A DNA stretch of 61,821 nucleotides, counting the filler, from Sphacelaria rigidula (Eukaryota), in assembly GCA_964200075.2 (NCBI GenBank). It is 5 parts of 5 records of this genome, joined end to end, with 100 filler letters (N's around TTAATTAATTAA, not from the genome) between each part and the next. Parts side by side here need not be neighbours in the genome. Positions count along the whole stretch, not along the records: positions 1 to 12,285 come from CAXNAA020003920.1; positions 12,386 to 24,670 come from CAXNAA020003921.1; 3 more parts are not named here. One strand, 5' to 3'. Positions within the stretch are counted from its first letter, which is position 1. Every line of letters begins with the position of its first letter. Under the pieces are notes generated by a model that saw only the letters and a program-made list of their open reading frames with translations, did no database searches and was not told the DNA's origin. Positions 1 through 13,189 of this stretch are shown piece by piece. The position numbers and the translations under genes are program-made.

Positions 1-229
1 TCACGAGTCGACTCATAATACTAAAATCAAGTTATTTCCAGACGAATCATTATTTGTCCGACCCTTGAAAGGTTGCCATCAACAGCTCATTCATTAGAGG
101 TGAAAATGTGTGTACCAATATATATATACATATAATGTTGTTGTGTGCTTTGTTTGTGGTTTTGTTTTCTCAACTCGGACGAATTTCGGTGGTACGAATG
201 GGAAGACAAGCCATCACCCAAAATGTCAA

Positions 230-840
230 GCGGGGTGTACTCATAATCATGCATGCCACAGTCATATGATCATGGACCTCGCATCCCTACAAAGCCGGGA
301 CCGAGCACGCCGGGTCTTCGCCGGATCAGGCTCGCACTCAATCACCAAGCGCGGAGCGACGTGGTGTGTTCGGCGAGTCGCATGAAGGGTGACCTGCATC
401 CTGCGAAGATTGTTCGGCTCGGAGCCTACTGATTATCTTGCATTTGGATCACAGCCTACGATGAGTTGCTTTTATGTTCTGGTATCGCCACTTTCAGAGA
501 CAGCCACGGCTTTTTACTCTGCCTCATGGGTGTCTCACCATGTAAGCACTACGTTGTATGATCATCCCCATTGTGCGGAGTTGAGGTTCTCCCACGCCGC
601 ACAACGTGATCTAGCTCGACAACCATCATGGTTACCGCGAAAAAACGCAAGCGCGCAAAAAAATCAGTACCCTGGGTGCCTAGCTTACGCAGTGAGTGGC
701 GTGTTCTACAGCAATATCGCCAACCGACGCCAACCCCATCAGGGGTTCGCCCCTACAAAGCCGAGAAGAGGCACGCCGGATTCTCGCCGGACCAGGCTGG
801 TTAGGTGCACTCATGATCATGCATGCCACAGTTATAAGAC
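230..840 (+). repeat. Dispersed repeat, two local copies (about 230-335 and 725-840)
   Basis: CCCTACAAAGCCG(G/A)GA..GCACGCCGG.T..TCGCCGGA.CAGGC occurs twice here and again at 24771-24842 in another contig; CATGCATGCCACAGT occurs in both local copies. Confidence 0.75.
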
Positions 841-968
841 CAAAATGTCAAGGGGGCTGAAGAATAAAAAAACTGCTCGTGTGCGTTTTACATATTTTCT
901 CCTTTTTGATAACTCGAAGGGTTGCTTGGATGGTATGAAAAGTCGCTAGTGCGGCCAAAAGCCAAATC

Positions 969-1283
969 GGTGGAGCTCGGAAATTGTACCAGTTATAACT
1001 GGCCATTATCATTGTAATGGTAATAATGGTGATGGTTGTATGAATTTTCGGATAATGGTGCCAAACCATCATTCATTGTTACTGGCGTTGTAAGTCGTTA
1101 CCGGCTACGTATGCTACATACACGAAGTATTCTTTAGCTCTAGTGAAGCCAAATCGCGTAAAAACGTACTTCCGGCGGCGCCCTCCCTACCGGGGGGGAG
1201 GGGCTTTTATGCTCGCGGCTGCGCCGCCAAATGATCGAACCATTATGTATCACTCGACTTGTTAATGGTTTTCCGAGCTCTAC
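969..1283 (+). mobile_element. MITE with GGTGGAGCTCGGAAA-type terminal inverted repeats
   Basis: Starts GGTGGAGCTCGGAAA and ends TTTCCGAGCTCTAC; colinear second copy at 38483-38886. Confidence 0.75.
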
Positions 1284-2559
1284 AAATCGAGCATGCGAAA
1301 GATCAGCCGAGCGCATGAGATAGAGCAAGTGTGTCAGGAGTGGCACAATTTCACCACGCCAATTGGCGGGGGTAAAAATCAGCGCCAAATCCCCCAAATC
1401 GGCGTTCCTCAGAGGGGGGAACATTACAAGCCCACACAGAGCAGCCCCATGATTTACGGTCAGGTGCACGTTCAGAGATTCGGTGGACGATGACTCATTA
1501 GAACCCGAACCACCTGAGGAGTGATTAGTGTAGACACTATTCGGGACGCGCATCAGCCTTGACAATCGGCGCGATACGACGTTCCATGTCATCTCTATCG
1601 AATATCCTACCCAAATTCCATGTACTGATGAACCAAAACTTGCTCGATCTGATAAATGATGAGTGACTTGTCTTGATGCGCATCGTTAATTGACACATCA
1701 GAATAAAACACAAACAACTTGGACGGGTTGAAGGGGGGGGGGGTCAATGAAGATGACCAGAAACAACTTTCCACCGACGTTTTTTCAGCTGATTCCATGA
1801 GCATCTCGCCATTGGAGCGTGAGGTATATCCACCAAATCGGACGGCCAGGGTGACATTAACCCGCTTTGGGGGGGCACCAGAGCCCTTTCAGAACAATAT
1901 TACCCGTTGACGTTCAAGGTCGGTAACCCCGCCGCTGTTCTCATACTCATCGCTAGTTGAGCGGTGTTCCTTTGTTTATGACCATTGAACCAAATTACAG
2001 TAAATCGTGTATCATGTACCCCCACCCCGACTCATGTATGCTCCTCGAACGAAGACATTGTTTTTCAGGGCCAATCTAGGCCCGACCTGTGCCATCCGGC
2101 AATCAAGGTTTAGGGAATTTGCATTGCGCGATTGGGCGTTACGTGCACACTTCGGAGCATGTTGACGCTGGGAGGGCAACATCAAATGTTGCAGGTAGCG
2201 CCCCTTGCGGGAAACATTGCCCCCAAAACCCGCCCTCAAGGAAAAACACATTCCATCGACAGCACCGCAAAGTGCATTGCAGTAAAATACAACGCTCAAC
2301 AAAAAGTGGGCGGAGAGCAGTATGAACAGAGTGAGGAAGAAACAAGAAACAAAACCGCCTGGGGTGGAGACCGTAGACGTCTTCGCCATGGTCGTTGGTC
2401 CACAGATCGCACGCATGTCTCCGATTTAGTCGCTTTATGGCTTATTTCGGAGTATTGTCGCTGCGGGGTACTGTACGAGAATACATGTACAACAAGAGTA
2501 TGATATTGGCAATTTCAACGACTACATAGGGTCACACGCACGCGGGGATGGAGTTGAAC

Positions 2560-3950
2560 GTAGTTATCATGTTCTGCAGCACGAAAGGTTGTTCAGAGCG
2601 GGTGGGCTGGTCGCGGAGTAACATAGCGTGTACGAACTGTAGGGAGTGAAATGGCTGCTGGCGAGTAGTCGGTGAAGGGGTTTCCACCACAAACCAGGAG
2701 CATGTGTTGTGTCATCGGTTGACGTGCACCAGATGTGCCGGCTGTTTTTCCTGCTCAGTAGACGCAACAAGCCCAGCACATTGTGCGCAACGATTGCGCC
2801 GCGACATGCAAGATGATACAATCTGTGGTGTAAGACATCTTTCTTGGTTGCCCAAAAGGCACCCTTAAGCTGTTTGGAAATGGCCGTGTACCCCCACATC
2901 TTACAGGGAGACGGTGCAACAACAGTGCAGTCAGCGCAGGAGGGAATTCGGTAGGTTACCGTACATCAGGCGCTCCGATTGTACTCTCATACAACAGCAA
3001 ATAGCTGTCGACCCACGCGATCAATACGGGAACTGTAGTGTACTGTTTGTACAGGACTCAGGTACGAAGGCATAACAGACATGTGCAGTGCCCACACAAA
3101 CCGCGAACCATCACCAGGCAACTGTACTCTTGTTTCACTCTGTAGACGATGACCTCTGTTCTCCAACCACTCAGGCCAGTTAGCAGTACTGACTTTCAGC
3201 TCTCTTTGTTGAAGACCAATTACAGCACACTGTGCTCCTCCTGTGCACCCCAAGTCAAGGACGTCAATCACACCAAATGACAGCGGACAGGTACCAAGGA
3301 GCATCGAGTCCCCGAGCCTACTCTACGCAAACAACAGTGTCGTTGGTGCAACTCGGCACAGAGTCCACGCGTCTTGCAGTCGCCGCTGCCACCGCTCGTC
3401 AAGGGTGAACAAATGGCGATGCACGCGTTACATGGTCGGCACGGGTAGGTACGCAGTACAGACATCTGCCACGACATCGTTTCGAACACATGCAAAATGC
3501 CGTATAATAGTGAAGGTGATGGACACGCGGGCATGAGCCATTAGCATGTGAACATATTCCGGTTGACTACATCAAAAACAGCTGTAGAAACAACCCTAGG
3601 TGCTGCTGAATCGACTGTTGAAGCTTGTTTTTGTTCTTCTCCGCTCACCCTGCCCACCGGGATTCCATCGACAACAAACACACTACAGACAACAAAACAG
3701 ATACTTGGTGAAATGCACGGGGTTCCTACAGGGTGACGAGAGATGAGACGGCACATGACTCGAGGCTCACCTTTTGATGCAACACGAACAGAACTCCAAT
3801 GATAAACACCGGTGCCCGCCTCAGTGCTCACCCTCCTATCCGGGACTCCAACAAAAAATCACACACAGAGATAACGGTAATGGATTGTATGCGTGGCCGC
3901 GGTTGGGCTTGTGTGGCAGGGTGCTGGAAAATAGCTGATAGTCGAAACCG
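2560..3950 (-). pseudogene. Highly decayed Ty1/Copia-like pol relic (protease, GAG-pre-integrase, integrase region)
   Basis: Broken minus-strand fragments in Copia order: SHVPS; VVNRNMF..MAHARVSI; GDGSRFVW; GAPDVR*PTEF; YTA...GAFW; GLWW. Many stops and frameshifts; recognised by eye only. Confidence 0.35.
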
Positions 3951-4289
3951 AAACGTCTCAACTGTCGAATAGTTGAGTACGAAACCACGCGAAATTCAAC
4001 CGTACCTACGGGATATAGCACCCCCACCCACCCGCTCCATGATTTTGCTACATGCAACTCTATATATGTAGATGACACTCAATGTATCTCTATTTGAAAT
4101 ACGAATTTCGTTTAGAATTATACAGTTCCACATAGACTTCTGACACATTATGAGTTTTCACCGCAAAATCGAGGTAGGAAACTTATTGCTTTGAAGCCGT
4201 GAAGGTACTCTGTTGTTGTTGCCTTCGCCTCACCACTCCTGACCGCAGGTCTGAAACGAAGGATATGCAAGGAAATCTGATGTGAGATC

Positions 4290-4343
4290 CAAAGGGTTTG
4301 ACATATCTACCTGGTAGATAAGGTAGATATGTCATACCCTTTG
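4290..4343. repeat. Short hairpin or mini inverted repeat
   Basis: CAAAGGGTTTGACATATCTACCT ... AGGTAGATATGTCATACCCTTTG; about 23-bp arms with one mismatch. Confidence 0.85.
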
Positions 4344-5299
4344 ATGCCATGCTTCGTTATGCACGAGGACGTAAGCTCAGCTCGTCACGCAGACTGTACA
4401 ATAGTACACACAACGTCAGTTACAGTGCGATTCGAACAGTGAAATTCGAGCGTTCAGTAGATTACAAGGCTGGTGCAAGAAAGCTATCCATCACATCAAG
4501 ATTGCGACATTAGTGCCAAAGGTGAGGGGTGTCATATACCACAAGTTCACGGCATGGGATATACTGTACATCCTCGTACGTTCGAGACTTGAAGTATGAT
4601 CAAGCGAAAATAACAACAAAACAATACTCACAATAGGATTACTCAATACTGGAGAGATTGATTCTTTTAGAGGGCTATTAGTTTCAGCAAGAAAGTCGTC
4701 CTCATCTATAACTGACCTGACCAGGCTAAGATTGATTCTTACCGAAGATGATTATGTTTCACAAAATCACTTGTGGAAACAAAACGGCCTGTGATTGGTC
4801 GCTGCGATACACCCCCCCCCCCCTCCAAAAGCGCTCCAGAATCACCTTTTTGAAAAGGATTTTTTGCACGCCTCGAACGGGAACAATAAATGTCCCGTTA
4901 ACAGAGGCACATGCAACAGCTTGACACATAACCCAACACGGAGTGAGGCTGCTCCTTATCGCGAACATAAGTAAAAATCTGGAAATAATGTGCGTTTCTG
5001 GAGGTTTCACGTCATTTTACGCCCCAAGAGAGAGCTGGGCGGATTTTAACATCTCAGAATCCCTCGCTGCTCGCTTGCGGTACCTGTCCAATACAGAACA
5101 GATTTCCGTCAATCAAAGACTGCCGTGTAAAGATGAGCAAGCGCTGCCGCCCGAGCTACGTGCTGGGCCAGGCGGCAGTTTTAAATAGTAGGAGTTGGGG
5201 GTTGAAATTTTGACACGAGGTTTTTGTCACTACGGGGGAACAATTGTAGTAGGGCCCGTTGCATGAACGAAGGTAACTCGAGCGTTCTCAGCGTTATTG

Positions 5300-5640
5300 G
5301 TCGAATTCGACAAACAATAGCTTGGATGAACGGAGAGGTCCACGCGATCATCGGCCGGCAAGAAGAAAAAATACGCCAGAAGTTGGGGGATTTTTTTTTT
5401 TCCTCTGTGGGTGCCCCTCCAACCATGGCTCAGGGGTTGAAATATGATATATATGCCGTATCTCCGGCGTGTTGACGTCGATATCGATAAAAAATATCGA
5501 TAGCTTGGATGTAAACCGAAAGGTCCACGCGATCATCGGCCGGCAAGAAAGAAAAGGACACCAGAAGTTAAGGGATGTTTCGCGATTTATTGGTGCCCCT
5601 CCAACTGGCCAGCAAGGAGGAGGGTTAAATAACTGAAGAA
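5300..5640 (+). repeat. Tandem duplication of about 185 bp inside a repeat element
   Basis: TAGCTTGGATG..GGTCCACGCGATCATCGGCCGGCAAGAA..CCAGAAGTT..GGTGCCCCTCCAAC occurs twice. Confidence 0.8.
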
Positions 5641-7560
5641 CACAAGAAGTCAATGACATTTCGTCATTTTTACCTGCTGGTGTCCCTCGAAGCATGGCTC
5701 ACAGGGGTGGAGATGTGACATGCCATATCCCCGGGGTGTTGACACCAAATGCAACAAACTACAGCTGTAAAAAGGCCACTTCTCATGTATATTACAAAAA
5801 AGAAATTTCGTTGCAAAATGTATTTTGGCCCTTCTCCATCGTTTATCGCGGGCAAAGAGGGTTCAGTGTTACGCCGGGGGTTAGTGTCACGTTTCCCACC
5901 ACCACCCCCCAAAATGAAGACGCGACGGAGTCTCAGAAGTGTAAAGAAGGTTATATATCAACTAAAGTGATACACAGCTGAAGTATATGTCTAAAGCTAC
6001 CTTTTGATCGGAGTCTGGCTCAATTCCACTCTGTATAGCTCACAAACCAGCGATGGATACCCCTTGAAAAAGTTGTAACTGTTTGTACAAGCAAAATGTC
6101 ATTTTCCAACATGCCCGTCCTCATCGCGACCAAAGATTACTCACTGCTGACGAACGTCACGAAGCCGAAACTCTACAGGCAGGCACTACTAGACATAAGC
6201 TGTCGTTCAAGCCCTGGCAGACTTCAATTGAGCGTCGAAACAGTGCAATATCTGCAGTAGAGGATCTTCACTTCACCCCAACTTCCAATTTTAGACAAGA
6301 GTGTTGGCCGCCAAAAAGTGGAGGACTGGTAGGTACACGTTTTATCTACACAGAGCAATTTGATTTGTGTCGATAGCTACCGTGTGCGTCGAGATATTGC
6401 CATCTCGGTGAGGGGTGTTACAACATGTGAGGTGCGGCATGAACACCCATCGGGTCACACGTGATGTCCACATTGAGCAGGTAGTAATCGCGCCGCGTCC
6501 ACCTGGTTTGTTGCGTGGGGATTGTTTTCTCCCGCAAGCATACATGCAACAATTAACATTGCCCGCCAGTGGGAAAGACGTTCCAGGCATGTGCTTGTCA
6601 TTGTCGCCGGGGCGGCGCATGAAGCGTGCTTACGGGATCGCCGCGCAAGGTATAAACGCACACTCACGGTCTGCCGATTCCTTGTGTCGTCAGTGATACT
6701 GTAAGCTGTCGGGAACAAAAGAGAGATACCCCGGAAACGGGGTCAGGGTTCGCTTCGAAGCATGGGTAGACACATCGACTGTCCGGTGTGATGGGGACCG
6801 AAGTTTCGGGGGCAATAATAAAGGGTTAGGGACGGGGAACATCATCCGATGTTCCTCCAGCGTGCAGCACTTGGAACCACTGTTCTGCGACATGGAGGAT
6901 GGATTTACGTGTTCCAATTTTATCACGTACCCCCCCCTCCCCATCACCACAGAACATATACACATAGGACCCCAAAAAATTGGTTATCGGATTTCAATTT
7001 TGATTGGCATGCAGAAATTGGTGATAGCTATCGGTACGTGAAAGAATGCAGGCATATTTTTTAAAAACTGGTCAACACATATAAAGATTGTAATAAACCG
7101 AGTCATCATCGTCAATGAAAACCGTTGTCCTCAATTTTCACGATCGGTTGTTATCAGTCACACCAAATATTCGTGGCGGTTTGCCCGCTGTGCAGAGCGC
7201 TAGGAACGCCGCCTCACGACTGGAGTCCACGCGCGTGTGGTGGTCGTGTTGCACAGCACTCCATAAGGTCCTCTGCAACACCATGTCTTGATCATAATTT
7301 TCGCTTTATTAGTCGTTCGTTCCATTAGTATCACGCATTATCTTGAAATACAACCAGCGACTCGCCCATGGGTGTCGGCGGACGACCCGCCGTCGACGTC
7401 TGCACACAAGGGCGCACTGCATCAGGCGCTCTACAACTTCCCCATCAACCCTACGCACGGGTTATTTCTTCCGTCCGCAGAAGATAACTCCCACGGTTAC
7501 TTATATACCTACGCAACTCATCTGCAAGAAACATGTTTACGACTTTCGCTACAGGTGCAA

Positions 7561-10500
7561 TTAAAACGCGAATTCGTCGTCGTCGTCTTTGCCCGCTTCC
7601 GATGCCGAATCCTCTACCTCTGAGTCGCTACACTCGGAGTCTGAATCTCCAAGTCAGTTCCCGGCTGAATGCTTCGATCCGCCCTCTGTGGGACTATCTA
7701 GACCGCCGTCGCAACAACTGCGACTTGTAGGATCTGGTCCCGGATCCGATTCCCCTCCTGCTACCCTGGCCATCCTCCCGCCATCTCGTCGGAAGCACTC
7801 CTCACCACGACTACTATCAACACCTGCCCCCGGGGCCTTCCTCGCTCCATTCGCCTGCCCCCCGCCACGCAACGCCGCTGACCCGCCCCTTCCATGGTTC
7901 GCCGCAAATCCGCCCCTTCTATGGTTCGCCGCTGACCCGCCCCTTTCACGGTTCGCCGTGGATCCACCCCTCCCCTTACGACACCGGCGGCATGTGTCGA
8001 CATATCCTCCGGCGGAATCACCTGTAGCAGTAGCGTCGGTCGCTGGGGCAGGGGGTGGGGGTAAAAAGCAGCGGCCCTGGCAACCGCAGCTGAGCGTACA
8101 ATTCCCCAAGCATCTGCAATCGCGGCACTGTTGACCTTTATGCGCCGCCCTTTCCGGCTTGCACGCGCATCTCAGGGTTCGTACGATTAGGGTTAGAGAT
8201 CGTACATGGCCACGATTTTACCCCACATTGCTTCGAAGAATACGCTGATGGTATGGTGTGCCACCCGATCGTTGCTAGCCTCCGATGCTTTGGTTCCGTC
8301 CACGCCAAGTGTCTCTGCGATGAACTTTGCCCGTGCCCCCCAAAACCGGTTCATGATGGCCTTCACCATGTGGAACAGAAGGTGCCAGTCACCCACGTAT
8401 ATTCTGAGCCAGTGATAGTGGCCAGGGTTACTCCGAATCAGGTGATACATGAAGCGAAATGTCTCCTCATGACCGGCAACCATGCATGCCGCCGCCGCGC
8501 CCCTCTCGTCCACGTGGCGTATATCAGCAAGACGGTCGATGGCGGCCTTCGAGTCGGACCAACTCTTCGTGGTGCCCAGTTGTATGAAGAGGTGCTTGAA
8601 TACCTGCAGCTCCCTCTGCATCATCGGTATTGCCTAGTGGGGGAAGTCGAGGATGAGATCACACGAGCGCGGATGATGCAGGGTATACACTCCGTTAGGC
8701 ATTTGTCCACCCTCACACCTTTAATCCATGCCATTCTGCGAGGTGCGCACGTCGCACCATGGAATACCTCCTGCTAAATCTTGCATCGGAAATAGGAGAA
8801 GCACTCGTGCATTCCCTAAAATGTTTCCACAGACTCCTCTTCTCCTAATCTCTTGCTCGTGAATTGTTTACGACAAGTCTCAGTACCGGGTAGAAAACGC
8901 AGAAACGGCATCTCTAGGGATTTCGAATCCGCACCTTGCCAACCTACTAGATACGAGCAAATACAGTTGGATTACCCGTGCGCGGCATCCGCGCGAAATT
9001 ATGTCATCACCTAACCCTAGCCCTGTCTGAGCTCGATCTCCAAGTACGTTTCGACGTGGCCACCTTCACCTGCGATCCTCGCCACCGCACAACGGGATGC
9101 TGCATGGTCGAATAAGGAGAGGAAACGCTCCCATCGCTGACCGTCCCTGTGCCAGGAGGGTCCCGTCGTGATATCCGCGGCCACCAGATCACCTTGCCGG
9201 CGGTGCGCGTGCGTGAGCGATAGATGTCCAGGCAGATTCTCCACGGCCGCTATAGTACTTACATGTGCCCCGACCCCCGTGACACTCGTTGTCGGCCGAA
9301 AATCACAGTTGTCCCCGGCCATGACATGTCTGTCCATCCTCCACTTCACGTAGAACTGTTCCCGCTTGTACCGCATCGACTCTGTCATGCCGAATCCATG
9401 GGCGGCGACGTAGTCGATGATAGCCACGGGTGTGCCGTGCGTTTTCAACACCTGCGCTAGATGGAAGTCGTGCATTGCTCGAAAACCTCGGCCTAAAATA
9501 GTTTTGACGAGGCTTCGCACGAGCATGTACAGTCTCCCAAACCGCCTCTTCCTCTTCCTCATCTTCTTGCGCAGCGCATTTTCCCGCGGGGTCGATCCGT
9601 GTGTTCTTGCGCTGGCGAAGAACATCGCCGATCCCCCTTGAGCTGCACCCCCGTGTTCCTGTTGCGCCGTTCCACCACCACACTCGCTCGCGGTGCCCAT
9701 CAAACCCGGCCCGCCATCCCGCGCCGCTGACAGGTTGACATCATCTACCCCAGCGGTACGAGGCGCATGAATAGAATCCCCTTGTCTACCGCTCCTTGCT
9801 TCATCCACTGTCGGAAAAAGCAAGTCCGGATCACCATTCGACACTTGCAAATGGCACAGACTGCTCAGCAATGCCAACAGTGCCAGCGGCGTATTTCTGG
9901 CCCCTATCCGCCGATACGTTCCTCAATTCGTGTGCACTTTCGATGTCCACCCTGACGATAGACCCAGCCGCTATGACCACGGCCCGTTTATCCTCCTCCG
10001 AACCGGCAGCTGTCACCCGCTGGAGTGCGTGTTCAATAGGCTGTCCAGTCTCCATCTCGGCGGTGAGGTGGGAGACATACGGTGTCCCGACGGCGTGGAA
10101 ACCCTCCCGGTGAGTCCCGAGTAGGATCCCGCCTTGAGTTGTATGGGGATACGGACATCGACACTTCCTCGGGAGATTGTATTGCCAGCAGCTGATCTTC
10201 CCTCACGCCGTTTCTGTGCTGCCACACCGCCTGCTGTTGTTCATGCCACGCTCCCCATACGTTATCAATGTCCGGCTTATTCGTCGCGGTTCTCTTCCGC
10301 CTCGATGCACGTATGCCAGCATGTGGTGGTGTGACTCTGCCGAACTTGGGCGGTGTACGTCTTTTCTTGGTCTTGGCCGATGGAGTTGAATTTGTACCTC
10401 CGGGAATTTACCACCGGCAGCTCTCCCGATTTTGCGGGGGGTGTTACCCACTTCCTTGAGAGGTGCTGTCGGCGGATTCCGTGGTAACACCTCCCGCACA

Positions 10501-10871
10501 TTGTTTTATGACGCCGAGGTGATGGAGATTTCACAAGTCGCGCCTTCCCCGGCCGATTGAACTTTGAAGTTACTACCTTCTGCACTCGGATGGTCATTGC
10601 ACCCCTCCAACCCCTGCTTTTCTACATATGCGCCATCACTGGACGCGAAGGACGCCTCCGGCGCACTGAACAGCACAGTCGCCGTATCTTTTCCGTAGGA
10701 ACGGGGGCTCAGCCACTTTTGCGGTTTGACTCGTTCGCCGATGTGACCCTCGGCGATGTCCCTCACATTTTCCACCGGTGCTGCACATTCGGAGTGCGTC
10801 AGGGGAGATCCCCTTTCGACCGCGGATGTGGCATGTGTCGGTCGAGATGGAGGCGACAGTGGTGCAGACAC
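7561..10871 (-). pseudogene. Decayed transposase-like gene (DUF6589-like core plus C-terminal CXC cysteine cluster)
   Basis: Colinear minus-strand fragments 10506-10871, 9831-10055, 9017-9877 (AHGFGMT..MAGDNCDF) and 8193-8624 (MVAGHEET..WLRIYVGDWHLLFHMVKAIM); CACKPERAAHKGQQCRDCRCLGNCTLSCGCQGRC at 8068-8169; acidic tail DSDSECSDSEVEDSASEAGKDDDDEFAF* ending at 7561; probable GT-AG intron at about 8772-9010; frameshifts present. Confidence 0.6.
7873..7976 (+). repeat. 27-bp tandem repeat, four copies
   Basis: GCCGCTGACCCGCCCCTTCCATGGTTC and variants; in frame within the C-terminal part of the decayed gene. Confidence 0.9.
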
Positions 10872-11520
10872 TTCATTACCTGCCCGGAATAGACGGGAAA
10901 ATGATAGATTGACACAACGTATCAGTCGTGCAGTCTTATATATTCTTTAGATTGTAGAAGACACGGATTCGTGTGGAATGATGATATCCGGAAACGTAGG
11001 CATCCCCAATTCAGTTTAAATAGCACAGTCATCAGCGGGGACAAGAGGAAAGCAGTCGGATGAGCTGGATCTTCAGCACTTCTATTTGGCACGGTAGTAG
11101 TGCACGAGGGGTATCGTGGTGCTCTTACCTTGAGACCGATTTCGGTGCCGTATCTCACGTTCGGTCTGCCCCGGCCGGCGTCTCAAAAGTGCTCCAGCCG
11201 TTGCACCCCAACTGTGAGTCTTAGGAATCTTCCACATCTACGATCAGCGAATGTGCGGGGGAGTGGATGCGTGTGGAATCGTACGTCAATTATTTTTACT
11301 ACAGATATCTTCAATCGTGCGGTTATCATGCTGTACTGCCCAACGATAACGGAGTTTTGGTTGCCGCACCATCTAATCTCATGATCCTCCATGTGATCGT
11401 CGTACTGATGCACTGTCCAAGTTCACAACTCGAAATCTGTGTCGTTTATGAGCCGGATAATCTCGCTCCACGCAGGGGGTCGTCCGAACCCGAGTGCAAG
11501 TTCCCAACATGCCATCGTTG

Positions 11521-11941
11521 CGCAATAAAAAGGCGCCAGGTGAGATCAATACTTTTCTTCATAGAGTACCTAACTCGCAGAATTACACATGACCCACGGC
11601 CGCATGTCGCTCATTGTGAATGCGGATGGCTTCGACAAGGCCGTCACGTAGTACTGTACATACTGTTTCTTCCCGCACTCGGCGCTGGTCATACCCGAAT
11701 ATTGCACTTCACAGGCTGTACAATACATGCGCAATAAAAAGGCACTAGGTGGGATGAATACCTTCCCTCATGGAGTACCCAACCCGCAGAATTACACATG
11801 GTCCACGGCCGCATGTCGCTCACCGTGAATGCGGATGGCTTCGACAAGACCGTCACACGACTACAGCGGTACTGTACAAACTGTTTCTTCCCGCACTCGG
11901 CGCTGGTCATACCCGAACATAGCACTTCGCAGGCTGTACAA
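11521..11941 (+). repeat. Tandem duplication of about 210 bp, two copies
   Basis: CGCAATAAAAAGGC..CGCAGAATTACACATG..CCACGGCCGCATGTCGCTCA..CACTCGGCGCTGGTCATACCCGAA starts at 11521 and again at 11730. Confidence 0.9.
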
Positions 11942-12285
11942 CACTCTGTGCTGCACTACACTTCACTCAACGAAGCTATGCGGTTCTGTGCTACACTAGG
12001 GTGCATGGTGTTGTGCTGCACCCGCTGGTACTGTACTGGGGTGAAAAGCTTGTGGAGCAGGAAGGGGGCTCTCTACGGCACCCATGTGCTGGTGCGGAGC
12101 AAAAATAATACTTATTTCAACTTCAGTCGATGTAGGGAATATCTCTTCGCAGTGACATATCAGAGACTGAGGCCACACATGTATGCAGACCCAGCGCAAG
12201 CAGGGACAAGATAGGAACGTTCCTGAAGGACCAGATCACCGAGGACCCTGTAATGCGACGTAACTAGACAACTCGGGGTGATACC

Positions 12286-12385
12286 NNNNNNNNNNNNNNN
12301 NNNNNNNNNNNNNNNNNNNNNNNNNNNNNTTAATTAATTAANNNNNNNNNNNNNNNNNNNNNNNNNNNNNNNNNNNNNNNNNNNN
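12286..12385. other. Artificial contig linker (N44-TTAATTAATTAA-N44)
   Basis: 100 bp; the central 12-mer gives stops in all six frames; the same linker recurs four times. Confidence 0.98.
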
Positions 12386-12439
12386 GTTGGATGCAAAAAA
12401 ATGGGCACCCTGAGATATTTGAATCCTTTTGACAAACAT

Positions 12440-13130
12440 TGAAAGAAAAATCATCCGCGATTAATCATGAGTGACTTACGGGCTTGACCGATCTCCGGGG
12501 GTCCTGCGAAAAGACGACCCCAGCCTCTAGCTTTTCGGTGTTTTCGGGGCACTGACTCGATCCGGATGAAACAAGTAAGACTCAAAATGATCGTTTTCTT
12601 AATTACCACCTAGTCACTGCGCCAAAGCAGGAAAACTCCAACTCTTGGACCGTTTACGGTCAATCACATCCTCCCGGTAAACGAGGTCTTTACCCGGTAT
12701 CGCCCCCACCACAACAACTTGGGCGATTGTGATTTGAGCACGGTTCGCTCATTTTGTCAAAACTATCGACGCTAGCACTTTCGAGTGATCATGGAAAATG
12801 TTATGCGAAAAAAAAAGAAAATAGGCCATCCGCAAAAAATGCTAGACTGAGGTCTGTGCAGTACGGGAGGGGAACACAATCTCGATCGTTTTTGTGAATG
12901 ATGTTAAACGTGTTAATTCATCTGAATATTCATCGTTCCGTCGCTGAAGAGCGGTAAAACTGCTTATATTGAACCCAAAACGGTCAATGAAACCCTCCTG
13001 ATAAACGGGGTATCAAATCCGTTTCGCCCCAGAAACACCAACGTGACCACTGCAGTTTGAGCGCGGCCTATGGTTTTTCCCTGAATCTACCGGCGCTGGC
13101 ACTTTCGAGTAGTAGTGAAGAACGGTACTC
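12440..13130 (-). mobile_element. Diverged fragments related to the 550-bp TA-flanked MITE family
   Basis: Shares GGGGGTCCTGC, CCCTCCTGATAAACGGGGTAT and GTTTCGCCC..AACACCAAC blocks with 30942-31494. Confidence 0.55.
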
Positions 13131-13189
13131 CAGAATATTTTGAAAAAAAGACAACTATGAATTATGGAAACTTCTGACGCTGACTACTA

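Noticed and set aside
1290-2000. Coding-like broken ORFs
   Set aside because: No recognisable motif, multiple stops and no splice-consistent model.
7589-8134. 181-aa proline-rich ORF on plus
   Set aside because: Antisense shadow of the minus-strand CXC-containing gene end.
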